A DNA stretch of 20,000 nt from an uncultured virus (IMG/VR IMGVR_UViG_3300042988_001414). Taxonomy: Duplodnaviria > Heunggongvirae > Uroviricota > Caudoviricetes. The position numbers were made by a program, and so were the translations under genes. Positions 1 to 8,822 of the stretch are shown in pieces. Position 1 is the stretch's first letter; every line of letters starts with the position of its first letter. The notes under the pieces are model-generated. The model did not search any database. It was not told where the DNA came from and saw nothing but the letters and a program-made list of their open reading frames with translations. The stretch lies in the IMG/VR virus record IMGVR_UViG_3300042988_001414. One strand, given 5' to 3'.

Positions 1-141
1 GTTGGCCGGCTGCGTGTTGACGAGGAGCCTGCCGCTCGCGTCGCACTGCGCTTCGCTCGTGTCGCCGTTGACGAGCGTCGGCGTGACGGAGTTGTAGCGG
101 AGAAACGGAAGGAACTTGAAGACGTTGTCGAGCCACGCCAT
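1..141 (-). CDS. Partial (runs off the window) putative virion/tail-associated protein
   Basis: ATG at 141 preceded by GAGGTGA. Open to the window edge: MAWLDNVFKFLPFLRYNSVTPTLVNGDTSEAQCDASGRLLVNTQPAN. Co-oriented with the operon; not in the ORF track. Confidence 0.7.
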   Translation of the reverse strand, partial: MAWLDNVFKFLPFLRYNSVTPTLVNGDTSEAQCDASGRLLVNTQPAN

Positions 142-150
142 GGAGTCACC

Positions 151-1047
151 TCAGGGGCGGAAGACTTGCGCGCAGAGATTCAGGTTGACCAGCGTGACCG
201 TGCCGCCCGCCGCGCCCGCGTCTGCCTTGTGAAGGACCTTGAACGTGTGCGTGCCCGCGACGGTCGCGACGAAGACTCCGTTGAAGCATCGCGCGGTGTA
301 CTCGTTCAGAGCGGCCGTCTTGATCTTCTGTTCTGTGAGACCGACCATCACCAGCGTCGAGCTCGGCGGCGTGTAGCAACCAACCTGCGTCCAGTGGAAC
401 GAAGGCGTAGCGTCTCCTTGGTAGCCGTAGGCCTGACCGGTGATGACGACGCGATCGTTGACCTCGAGAGTCAGGGCCAGCGAGATCGTGCCGGCATCGG
501 CGTACGTCGTCGACGTGGTCGATCGAGGGCCTGCGTCCGTGCCGTAGGTGACGGAGACCAAGCCGTTCTGGACGTACGCCGGAAGGATCTTGGAGCCGCC
601 CTCCGATGCAGCCATCTTCGCGACCGCGAGCCGCGCGTTCGCATCGAGCTTGGCCAGACCGTTCGCGACGTCGACGGAGAGGTACGCCTCCCAAAGCCAT
701 CGACCAGCGCCGCCGCCGACCGACGTAGGCGTGACGACGAACGGATCGAGCGCGGTTGCCGCCGAGCTCGCATCGTAGATGTAGAGCCCGACGCCATCGA
801 CGATGATGACCGCGTTTTCGGTCAGATCCGTGATGGCTCGTAGCGCGGTGAGCGATGCCGCGTAACGGAGCTTTCGCACGCCGCCGTTGTCGGGGTCGAC
901 CGCGATGATGCGATCGCGAGCGAAGCGCGCGCGGTCGGCCGCGTTCTGCAACGCGGTCTCGATCGAGCCAGCCGTTCGCGCGTCGCCAACGACGGGACAG
1001 GTCTGCGACGGGAAGGACCCGATGTTGTCGGTGAGGGTCTTGGGCAT
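151..1047 (-). CDS. Tail fibre/receptor-binding-like protein 2 (298 aa from MPKTLTD)
   Basis: ATG at 1047 follows the upstream stop (1049) with GGAG upstream. N-terminus resembles that of 1049..2062 (LQNAADRARF vs LQLLANRTRY). Thr/Gly/Ala-rich beta-type C-terminus; lies after the baseplate genes. Confidence 0.7.
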   Translation of the reverse strand: MPKTLTDNIGSFPSQTCPVVGDARTAGSIETALQNAADRARFARDRIIAVDPDNGGVRKLRYAASLTALRAITDLTENAVIIVDGVGLYIYDASSAATALDPFVVTPTSVGGGAGRWLWEAYLSVDVANGLAKLDANARLAVAKMAASEGGSKILPAYVQNGLVSVTYGTDAGPRSTTSTTYADAGTISLALTLEVNDRVVITGQAYGYQGDATPSFHWTQVGCYTPPSSTLVMVGLTEQKIKTAALNEYTARCFNGVFVATVAGTHTFKVLHKADAGAAGGTVTLVNLNLCAQVFRP

Positions 1048-1048
1048 A

Positions 1049-2062
1049 TCAACACTCCATTGTCCCGCGAATGCCTGAGACGCCGATTGGTGCGTTGCCA
1101 CTCACTGTGGGGTGACCGAAGGTGATGATCCCCGCGGACGCGTCCCTCATTCCCTCGACCCACCAAAGCTTGTGGTACCCGATCGAGTTGATGGACCTGT
1201 AGGTCGCTGTGACATGCCGGAACGACGGAGTGCCGTTGGTGATGTGTCCGATGTTGAAGTCCGCATCGTTGGTGCCAGATGAATCGACCCCGATTCCAAC
1301 GCTCGCGACCCAACTGTTTGCGGCAGCTGACGCAGCCGCAGCGTTGCACCTGACAGCGATGTCCACCTCGGCTCCAAGAAGCCCGGCGACATACTCGACA
1401 TATTCTGTTGAGCCAGCGGCCCGGGCTCGCCAAACGAGAGTGGTCGTCTGAATGGTCCAGGTTCCGGACTGCGTGTAAAGAAGCGTTCGCTTCACGCGGT
1501 TGGCGTGATTCCAAACGAGCCTCTTCGATGTGCTGTCGACGGTGGTGTTCGCAGCGCTTCCTCGGATGGTTCCGACGTAGCGATCCGTTGGCGTTCCGGT
1601 CTTGACCAGAGCCCCATCCTGGTAGGCAAGCGCGGTCGCCCTGGTAGTGTCGTTCGTCCACGCGGTGAGCGACAGGACAACCGCAGAGCCGTTCCAGCTT
1701 GCGAAGACGTCATAGTTGACGCCGGTGGAGACGATGCCCGAGAGAGAAAGCGAGACCTCGGCGGTCGTGCGCGGGACCCAGAAGCCAAGCGTCGAGTCGT
1801 AGATCGCGATCTGGTTGTGCGCGAACGGAGTGAGGTAGAGAGTTGTCCCGCCAGCCGAGTCGGTCAGCGGACTTCCGGACACGAGCCCGAGACGAAAGCC
1901 GTTCACGCCAGCCGCGCCCACGCTTAGCCGGTTGAGCAGGTAACGCGTTCGGTTCGCGAGAAGCTGAAGATGAGCCAGCACGCCAGCCGCGTTGCGGATG
2001 TCGGACCCAGCCGGAGCGGTCGCGGTAGGGAACGCATCGACGTCAGTGATGTTGACGGGCAT
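1049..2062 (-). CDS. Tail fibre/receptor-binding-like protein 1 (337 aa)
   Basis: GAGGA RBS. Directly follows the baseplate gpI/gp48-like gene. N-terminal 'LQLLANRTRYL' motif is typical of myophage fibre baseplate-anchor segments; the rest is beta-rich. Confidence 0.7.
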   Translation of the reverse strand: MPVNITDVDAFPTATAPAGSDIRNAAGVLAHLQLLANRTRYLLNRLSVGAAGVNGFRLGLVSGSPLTDSAGGTTLYLTPFAHNQIAIYDSTLGFWVPRTTAEVSLSLSGIVSTGVNYDVFASWNGSAVVLSLTAWTNDTTRATALAYQDGALVKTGTPTDRYVGTIRGSAANTTVDSTSKRLVWNHANRVKRTLLYTQSGTWTIQTTTLVWRARAAGSTEYVEYVAGLLGAEVDIAVRCNAAAASAAANSWVASVGIGVDSSGTNDADFNIGHITNGTPSFRHVTATYRSINSIGYHKLWWVEGMRDASAGIITFGHPTVSGNAPIGVSGIRGTMEC

Positions 2063-2069
2063 GGAGTCC

Positions 2070-2735
2070 TCAGACGGTCAGATATGAAGTCGGCGTGTCC
2101 CACGTAGCGAACGGGTCATCGTCCCAAGTCGCGCCAGGAAGCGAGTCCCATGTCAGGTCGGCTGTCGTTCCGTGAACGACGACGAGGTAGCGGCAAGACG
2201 AGTGCAGCGCCTTCCACTTGCGAATGAGGACGCGCAGTCGAGTCAGCGCGTCCTCGGGCATGTCACCGGCCCACGAGCCGCCGTCTTCCCAGATGCCGCC
2301 GTCGCCCCAAGTCCCATCGGCGAGGAACGTCTCGGCCCACGGGAACGGTTGGTAGATGTAAACGTCGAACTCCCACCAATTCAGCGACCCATCACCCGCC
2401 GCAGTGACGACCTGGAAGGTGGTGTACCCCGCTTGTTGGAGCGCGGCCTCGATGGCTTGTACGGTGCCCGACAGGTCCCACGTGATCCACGCATCGCGGA
2501 TGCGTTGGCGAACGGACGACTCGGTCTCGTTCCACGCAGGAGGAAGGTTCTTCTCGGCGAGCAGCGAGGCGAGCGAGGAGACGTGCGCGAAGTCTACGAA
2601 GCGCTGGAACACCGCCGTCATGGCAGCCTGACGGAAGGCGTCCTTCATCATGCCGAGGCATCGATTCCAGAGCGATCCGTTCTCGCCGGCGAGCCACGCC
2701 GGAGCGGATGCGACTTGGTAATCGTCGTAGTCCAT
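2070..2735 (-). CDS. Baseplate wedge protein, P2 gpI/Mu gp48-like (221 aa)
   Basis: TGATG-coupled to the baseplate J gene. Motifs 'ETESSVRQRIRDAW...GTVQAIEAAL' and 'IRKWKALHS' match the tail protein I pattern. Confidence 0.75.
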   Translation of the reverse strand: MDYDDYQVASAPAWLAGENGSLWNRCLGMMKDAFRQAAMTAVFQRFVDFAHVSSLASLLAEKNLPPAWNETESSVRQRIRDAWITWDLSGTVQAIEAALQQAGYTTFQVVTAAGDGSLNWWEFDVYIYQPFPWAETFLADGTWGDGGIWEDGGSWAGDMPEDALTRLRVLIRKWKALHSSCRYLVVVHGTTADLTWDSLPGATWDDDPFATWDTPTSYLTV

Positions 2736-3853
2736 CAGCTCGCCGCCGTGGTGACGAGGAAGGTCGGCACCCAGATCTCGTTGTCGAGAAGGGCGAAGTC
2801 GGTGGCAGGAGCGCTCATCTCGAGGTCGGTGACCCCGTCGACGTCCAGGGCGCGGATGATCTTCTCTCTGGAGACCTTCTTCGCGCCGATGTCGAGCGTG
2901 CGTGCGAACGCGTTGACGGCCTTCTGCGCTGCGGAGATGACGCCGGCAGGATCGCGCCCGAGCTCAATGGCGAGCACCGCGACCACGGACTGCGCGTTCA
3001 CGCCAGCGTTGAGCGTGAGGATGTCAGGCACGCCGAGCGGCCTGCGTGAGAGCACCGCCGTGTCTGCTAGTGCGAGCGCCGCCGTCGAGACGGGACCCGA
3101 ATCGCCAGCGACAACAACGCGTACAGCGCCAGCGCCCGGAGAGTAGGGACGAACGCGGGTGATCTCAGCACTCGAAGAAGCCGCGCGATATCGATAACCC
3201 GCTTCGTCCGCGCCGCTTCCGATCTGGGCCCACTTGTCGAGGCATCGTGCGGCATAGCGATCGTTCGACTCCTTGTCTGCGCCTTGCTGAGTGATCCACG
3301 TGCCGGTGTCGAGCGATGGGTTCGACATCGTGACGCCGGGGATCGGGGTGAGGACTTCGGTGAGAGCGAGGTTGCCGACGTTCCAATCGACGCCCGCCGT
3401 CTCCGCCTCGAAGGTCAGATCGACGTAGCCGTTGAGCGGAACGACTCCCGCTTCGACGTTGCGGAAGCGAAGCGTCTTGTCGGCATTCGCGACCCAGAAG
3501 CTGGAGTCGTTGATCGTGACCGGACCGACGGCGGCCGAGTCGGTGAGACGGACCTTGCCGCGCGTGTAGACCGCAGCCTTCCGCTCTTCGGAGAAGACGT
3601 TCTCGCCGAGGAGATCGACCCAGTCGTCGGACACCTGCCCCGCGTACTTGATGTAACCGCCGAGTCCGATCTTCTGGACCGACGTGGCGAGGTCGACAAG
3701 CAGTGAGCTCTCGCCCTCGACCGTGTGACGCATGAAGCTCGCGGTCTGCCACGATGCCGTCGGGAAGCCTGCGATGCGGAGGAGCGTGACGAACTTGTCG
3801 AGGATGACGTCCTTCGTCTCGACCGTCAGCAGATCAAGGATAGAGACGCTCAT
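2735..3853 (-). CDS. Baseplate J/gp47 family wedge protein (372 aa)
   Basis: Hallmark motifs 'FEAETAGVDWN', 'GADKESNDRYAARC', 'PGAGAVRVVV'; typical size and position. Confidence 0.9.
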   Translation of the reverse strand: MSVSILDLLTVETKDVILDKFVTLLRIAGFPTASWQTASFMRHTVEGESSLLVDLATSVQKIGLGGYIKYAGQVSDDWVDLLGENVFSEERKAAVYTRGKVRLTDSAAVGPVTINDSSFWVANADKTLRFRNVEAGVVPLNGYVDLTFEAETAGVDWNVGNLALTEVLTPIPGVTMSNPSLDTGTWITQQGADKESNDRYAARCLDKWAQIGSGADEAGYRYRAASSSAEITRVRPYSPGAGAVRVVVAGDSGPVSTAALALADTAVLSRRPLGVPDILTLNAGVNAQSVVAVLAIELGRDPAGVISAAQKAVNAFARTLDIGAKKVSREKIIRALDVDGVTDLEMSAPATDFALLDNEIWVPTFLVTTAAS

Positions 3854-4245
3854 GACACCTCGAGAAGGTCCGCCGAGATCTGGGTGATGGACGCGGTGAG
3901 CGAGAAGTCGCGATCGTCCAAGAGGACGCCGACGGCGCGGACGGTGAGCGTGAACTTCGACGCGTCGAGCTCCATCGTCACCGTCATTCGCTGGATGCGT
4001 TCATCCTTCTCCGCTTCGATGCCCGCACGGGCCGCGTAACGGCGAAGGTCGCTCGCAGACAGATCCTCGTTGAGTAGATCGCGGAGGTCGAATCCAGCGT
4101 CTCGGTCGTATTCGAGCTGGGCCTCCTCCGTCGTCCAGCGCCGGAGCACGGCTTCCGCAACCGACCTCTTGTCGGAGATCCCTCGCCCGGTGACATCGAG
4201 GTCTGGGAAGGTGGAGACGTCAGAACCGTACTGATCAAGCGCCAT
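3850..4245 (-). CDS. Baseplate gp25/gpW/gp46-like sheath-initiator wedge protein (131 aa from MALDQYG)
   Basis: ATG at 4245 follows the stop of the hub-spike gene; the longer track start overlaps that gene. Pattern 'LRRWTT...YDRDAGFDL...DERI'. ATGA overlap with the J gene. Confidence 0.75.
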   Translation of the reverse strand: MALDQYGSDVSTFPDLDVTGRGISDKRSVAEAVLRRWTTEEAQLEYDRDAGFDLRDLLNEDLSASDLRRYAARAGIEAEKDERIQRMTVTMELDASKFTLTVRAVGVLLDDRDFSLTASITQISADLLEVS

Positions 4246-4246
4246 G

Positions 4247-5515
4247 TCACGCGCTCGCCTTCGTGGTGATCGAGTAATTGGTCGGAAGGTTGGCGACGAC
4301 TTGGAGTGCTGTCGCTGCCGCGATGACTCCGGCCGCGGTGCCAGCCGAGAGAGCGTTGATCGGCGAGTTGAGGAATGGTTGCAGCGATGCGAGGAACGCA
4401 TTCAGCGCAACCATGAACGGGGTGAGCGTGGCCTGCGTAACGACGCCCGTGCCTCCCGTCCCGATCTCGTTCATCGCCGCGGCTAGCTTCGCGGAAGCTG
4501 GTGTGAGCTCCAACGTCGTGGGACCAACCGAGACCTTGGCCGACGTGACCGCCGTGACGGTGATCTCCAACAGCCCGCTTGAGTCGATGACCACCGCACG
4601 CGGTGACTTGGGCGAGCCGTCCGCAAACTCGACGTGGACGCGAGCGCCCGGCTTGACCTTCGCTTCGATGCCTGGGATTCCGTAAGCGATGGGGATCTTC
4701 GTCATGCCCGGCATCGACGGATCGTCGAGCTTCAGGTCGAGCGTCCCATCGCCTCGCTGAGAGACGACCTTGCCGGCGCGCACGGCGAAGAAGTCGACGT
4801 GCTTGGTCTCCTGTCGCACGAGCCCAGCGATGGCCGTGCGGAGCGGGTCGGCGGAGGAGCCATCACCGAACGCGACGGTCGTGCGAGTCTTGCCCGACTC
4901 GATCGTGTGCTCTACGCGTTCGACCTTGCGACCGGAGAACGTGACGCCAGGGACGAGCGATGGCGACTCGCTCGCGAGCGTCATCCTGGACTCTTTGGGG
5001 TCTTCGGTGAGGACGACCAGATCCTTCAGTGTCGCGGTCGGCCATGTCTCGGTACCGATCCAGATGGTCCCATCGGCGAGCACACGCCAGGTCGCGCCGA
5101 TGTCATCGAGCAAGACCTCCAACGCCTCGCTGACGGTGCCCGCGTGACGAGTCCAGAACGGGAGCACCGCGCCGAGCTTGCCTGCGTCCGACGTCGGAGA
5201 GAGCGTCTCTCCGCCCTCGCGAAGGAGGTCAGCGACCACGATCTTTGCGGTCGCGCCCGAGTAGAACTTGGCGGGAAGCGCCTTGCCCAGTCCACCCTTG
5301 CCGCCGACCACGCGGACCTTGGTGCGCCCGACGAACGCGCCCGACTCGACGGCGCGGCCCTTCCACGTGGCTGACCCGATCACGATCTCGATGTCGCCCG
5401 ACACCTTCGACGCGACCTCGCCCTCGAGATCGAGGTCCGCGCGCCATGCGCCAACGCGCGGCGCGAGGATCGCGCCCGCGAGCACGTTGACTCCGTTGGC
5501 GGTAGGCGTGGTCAT
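4247..5515 (-). CDS. Fused baseplate hub + central spike (VgrG-like architecture; 422 aa)
   Basis: N-terminal hub-like region ('VERVEHTIESGKTRTTV') followed by an OB-fold-like spike region ('GKVVSQRGDGTLDLKLDD...VKPGARVHVEFADGSPKSP'). Lies between the tail initiator and gp25-like genes. Confidence 0.7.
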   Translation of the reverse strand: MTTPTANGVNVLAGAILAPRVGAWRADLDLEGEVASKVSGDIEIVIGSATWKGRAVESGAFVGRTKVRVVGGKGGLGKALPAKFYSGATAKIVVADLLREGGETLSPTSDAGKLGAVLPFWTRHAGTVSEALEVLLDDIGATWRVLADGTIWIGTETWPTATLKDLVVLTEDPKESRMTLASESPSLVPGVTFSGRKVERVEHTIESGKTRTTVAFGDGSSADPLRTAIAGLVRQETKHVDFFAVRAGKVVSQRGDGTLDLKLDDPSMPGMTKIPIAYGIPGIEAKVKPGARVHVEFADGSPKSPRAVVIDSSGLLEITVTAVTSAKVSVGPTTLELTPASAKLAAAMNEIGTGGTGVVTQATLTPFMVALNAFLASLQPFLNSPINALSAGTAAGVIAAATALQVVANLPTNYSITTKASA

Positions 5516-6063
5516 TTCAGCGGGCGAACGACGTCAGGAACGGGGTTCGTGTTGTTGCTCGGCTTGTTCGTTTCGAGCTCGCGGATGGCCGCTTGTCGCG
5601 TGCGCGTTGCGGCTCCGGTGGTGCTCGGCGGCTGCGCCTTCTTGGCCTTCTCGAAGAACTCCACGAGATCCAACCGAGCCTCCATGATCTGGTTGCCGGT
5701 CGGCTTGAGCGGATGGATGCGCGCGAGTCGGAACTTCTCCTTCTTCAGGAGAACGAGCTGAGGGTGGACGACCTTCACCAGCGGCAGAGGAGTCTTCCCT
5801 GGGTACGGATAGATCTCCTCGACGAGCGCCTGGTACGCGGTCCAGTGGAACTCGTTGTAGATGAGCCACTTCACCGAAGGCTTGATCGGTTCGACGCCCT
5901 TGTTGTTGAGCGTCGCACCGTCAGCGCCCGCGGCCTTCTGAACGTCGAAGTCGTTGCCGAAGCCATCGCCGTCGATGTCGACCTTCGTCTCTTCGAAGAT
6001 GTAGCCGTTGATCTCAACGCGGTCCCACTCGGACGCGTCCTCCATCCATGATGTGATCGGCAC
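5512..6063 (-). CDS. Putative tail tube initiator/baseplate protein (183 aa)
   Basis: GTG start 4 nt after the tape measure stop; ATGA-coupled to the hub gene. Function inferred from position. Confidence 0.55.
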   Translation of the reverse strand: MPITSWMEDASEWDRVEINGYIFEETKVDIDGDGFGNDFDVQKAAGADGATLNNKGVEPIKPSVKWLIYNEFHWTAYQALVEEIYPYPGKTPLPLVKVVHPQLVLLKKEKFRLARIHPLKPTGNQIMEARLDLVEFFEKAKKAQPPSTTGAATRTRQAAIRELETNKPSNNTNPVPDVVRPLK

Positions 6064-6066
6064 GGG

Positions 6067-8334
6067 TCACCGTCCCATCTCGCTCGCGATGCCCTTGAGC
6101 CCGGCGGCGAGCTGACCCATGAACGAGTCCGCAGCCTCCTTGCCGGCGGCCGCTCCACCTTCGCCGCCGTTGATGTTGAAGACAGCGGAGAGGCCCGAGA
6201 GGCTGAAGGTTTGCTCGGTCGGTTGCGCCGGCTGCGCGCCAGGCACCGGACCCGAGGACGCGCCGAACGTTGGCGCTGAGTTCGCAGCCGGCGCGCCGCC
6301 GGGCTGACCAGCGCCGAACGCGGCAGGGAACATGTTGCCCATACTCGCCGTAGCGGCGGGCGCGATGTTGGGCTGACTCGGAGGCGCGACCACCGGGCCA
6401 GGCGTCTTGGCTCCGAACATGGACCCGAGCTTCGCTTCGAACGATCCGCTCATGACGTCGGCAAGCGTTCCCATCGCTCCGCCCGCGGGCGAGAACATGG
6501 AGAAGACGCCGTTGATGATGCTGCGGACGATGTCCATTCCGAGCTCGGCCCACGGGTGGCCCTTGGCTCCGCTGTCGATGTTCGTCCAGAGGTCGTTGAA
6601 CGCCTTCAGGATCGAGGTGACACCCTCGACGACCCAGATCAGTCCGCTCGCGAAGAACGTCATCGCGTCGACCATTCCGCTGATGAGGAACACGATGGCC
6701 CCCAGCGACGTCTCCAGGAACGAGAAGCTGCCAGTGTCGAGGCCGGTGATCTTCGACCACGTCTTCGCGACGATGTCCCAGAGCTTGCCAAAGGCAGCCC
6801 ACACGGGTTGGAGCTTCGCGCCGAGCTCTCGCAGCTTCGCACCGAGGTCAGCGAGCGACTTCCGCAGCATGCCCACCGCTTGGCTGTCCATGATCGCGGC
6901 CCACGCTTCGCGGAACGCATCGACGACCCAGCTGATCGCCTGACCGAGCGTGCCGACGAGAGCCATCTCGAGCCCGACGATCAGGGCCAGGAATCCGCCG
7001 ACGCCAGCGATGAGTCCGCCGAGCACCTTGCCGAAAGTCTTGAAGCCGTCGACGAACCAGGAGAGCGAGCCTCCGGCAGCCGTCATCGACTTCCCGACCT
7101 CCGAGAACCACTCCATGACCGGACCGACGACGGCGCGGAAGCCTGCGAACACGCCCTCACCGAAGGACGTGAACAGGCTCACGATCGGCGTGAGCACATC
7201 GAGGATGCCGCCGATGCTTCCCTTGATGTCACCTTGCGACATCGCGTAGAACATGTCGCCGATCGATTTGCCGATCTTCTCCAGCATCGCGACCAATCGC
7301 TGGCCGGCTTCACTCTCGGTGCCCAGTGCATCAGAGAAGGTCTTGATGAACGTCTTGAGTGGCTCGGTCAGGCCATCCATGTTTGCCTTCATCACCAGCT
7401 CTTCAGGGATGGACTCCAGCGTGGACAAGAGGCCCTTGATGGTCTTGGACCCCTTCTCCATTCCTCCGCCGAGCTTGCCTCCGGAGAGCGTCGTCTCGAT
7501 CGCGGACATCACCGCGTCGACTCCTTGCTTGTCGGTGAGCTGCCCAGCCGACATCATCTTCTCGATCTCGGCGCTAGACTTTCCGGTCGCCTTCTGAAGC
7601 GCACCGTAGACCGCCTGTAGATTGATGCCTGCGTCGGCGAGCATCTGCATCGTCTCGCCGGTGAGCTTGCCGCTTGCGCGCATCTTCCCGAGCGCGTTGA
7701 TGACGGAGTCCATCTTCTCGGCACCGAGGAGCGATCCCACGTCGCCAACGCCGAGCATCAGCTTTTCGAGCTCGTTTGCCTTGAATCCACGGGTCAGAAG
7801 CGACTTCGCCATGTCGACGACTTCGCTCGTCTTGAACGGAGTCGTGGCGGCGAACTTCGTCGCCATCGCCATCACGCGGTTCGCCTCTGACTTCGATCCG
7901 AGGATCGACTCGAACGCGACCAGCGTGTCTTCCTTGAACATGAGCGCGTTCGCAACAAATCGACCCCCGACGAAGGCAGCGCCAGCGGATGCCGTCGCTG
8001 CCGCCGCTCCGATGGCGAGCATCGCCGTTCCGGCGACCGCGAGTCCCTTGCCTGCGGTAGCGCCGACCCTTCCGATCGATCCCATGATCGGAGCCAAGAC
8101 CTTCGATTTCTCGAAGAGCGCGGACGCTGCGCCAGCGAATCGGAGGACGGCGCTCGCAGCCTTGGGCCCAAACGTGTTGCCGATGAATCCGATCCCGCGC
8201 GCGAAGAGACTCGTCTGCGAGGCGTTCGACTTGATCGCCGGGTCGAGCTTCTTCATGCTCGCCGCGATCTTCTCCGCTGGGCCCGACATCTTGTCGAGGA
8301 GCTCGAAGACCCACGTAAGCTTCTCACCTGCCAT
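6067..8334 (-). CDS. Tail tape measure protein (755 aa)
   Basis: Long Ala/Gly-rich helical protein with the tape-measure motif 'KFAATTPFKTSEVV...LGKMRASGKLTGETMQMLADAGI' and periodic Trp/Phe. Follows the chaperone gene. Confidence 0.93.
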   Translation of the reverse strand: MAGEKLTWVFELLDKMSGPAEKIAASMKKLDPAIKSNASQTSLFARGIGFIGNTFGPKAASAVLRFAGAASALFEKSKVLAPIMGSIGRVGATAGKGLAVAGTAMLAIGAAAATASAGAAFVGGRFVANALMFKEDTLVAFESILGSKSEANRVMAMATKFAATTPFKTSEVVDMAKSLLTRGFKANELEKLMLGVGDVGSLLGAEKMDSVINALGKMRASGKLTGETMQMLADAGINLQAVYGALQKATGKSSAEIEKMMSAGQLTDKQGVDAVMSAIETTLSGGKLGGGMEKGSKTIKGLLSTLESIPEELVMKANMDGLTEPLKTFIKTFSDALGTESEAGQRLVAMLEKIGKSIGDMFYAMSQGDIKGSIGGILDVLTPIVSLFTSFGEGVFAGFRAVVGPVMEWFSEVGKSMTAAGGSLSWFVDGFKTFGKVLGGLIAGVGGFLALIVGLEMALVGTLGQAISWVVDAFREAWAAIMDSQAVGMLRKSLADLGAKLRELGAKLQPVWAAFGKLWDIVAKTWSKITGLDTGSFSFLETSLGAIVFLISGMVDAMTFFASGLIWVVEGVTSILKAFNDLWTNIDSGAKGHPWAELGMDIVRSIINGVFSMFSPAGGAMGTLADVMSGSFEAKLGSMFGAKTPGPVVAPPSQPNIAPAATASMGNMFPAAFGAGQPGGAPAANSAPTFGASSGPVPGAQPAQPTEQTFSLSGLSAVFNINGGEGGAAAGKEAADSFMGQLAAGLKGIASEMGR

Positions 8335-8340
8335 GGGTCC

Positions 8341-8505
8341 TCACTTCTTCTGGTACGCGGATCGGATCAGTGCGAGATCGTGCATCGCGTCTGCGATCAG
8401 AAGCGCGCCGACGATCTCATCGTCGCCGCCCACCCGATCGCGGAATGCGATGAGCGCGGAGGCCGCGACCTCGAGATTGCCGCGTGCCTCCTCTAGCCTT
8501 TTTTT
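8341..8505 (-). CDS. -1 frameshift extension of the tail assembly chaperone (gpGT-like; 160-aa fusion product)
   Basis: Slippery GTA AAA AAA GGC TAG. The -1 frame stays open for 52 codons (RLEEARGNLEVAASALIAFRDRVGGDDEIVGALLIADAMHDLALIRSAYQKK) to TGA at 8341, 6 nt before the tape measure ATG. Confidence 0.85.
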   Translation of the reverse strand, partial: KKRLEEARGNLEVAASALIAFRDRVGGDDEIVGALLIADAMHDLALIRSAYQKK

Positions 8506-8822
8506 ACGGTGAGCTGCCGCACACCGACCAACTCCATCGCCGGCTCGGCAAGCGAGAGAGCAAGGCCCGGCTCATCGGCCAGGACCTTCTTCAGTGTGTC
8601 CTTGTCTGGGTAGACGACGCACGCCTTGACGATGCCCTCGCAGCCTTCGAGCTTCTTCTTCGGCTCGCCCGCCATCGACACCATGCGGTCGAGATGAGCT
8701 CGCGGGGTCGAAGGCTTCGCGAGAAGGTAGACGTTGTCCCCGTCTTCGACGGTGGTGAGCGAGCCGTGCTTCTCGGTCAGCTCTGCGATCTGGTCATCGG
8801 TCGGCGGTTCGAAGTTGATCAT
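8493..8822 (-). CDS. Tail assembly chaperone (gpG-like, 109 aa)
   Basis: Lies between the tube and tape measure genes; ATGA-coupled to the tube gene; ends at the slippery A7 run. Confidence 0.85.
   Translation of the reverse strand: MINFEPPTDDQIAELTEKHGSLTTVEDGDNVYLLAKPSTPRAHLDRMVSMAGEPKKKLEGCEGIVKACVVYPDKDTLKKVLADEPGLALSLAEPAMELVGVRQLTVKKG

Noticed and set aside
1..2062. Diversity-generating retroelement or invertible tail-fibre cassette
   Set aside because: No reverse transcriptase, invertase, near-identical template/variable repeat pair or flanking inverted repeats are visible in the window. Elements outside the window cannot be excluded.
6170..6420. Pro/Ala/Gly-rich stretch at the tape measure C-terminus as a separate domain or repeat
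   Set aside because: It looks like an ordinary low-complexity linker with no repeat unit or enzymatic motif.
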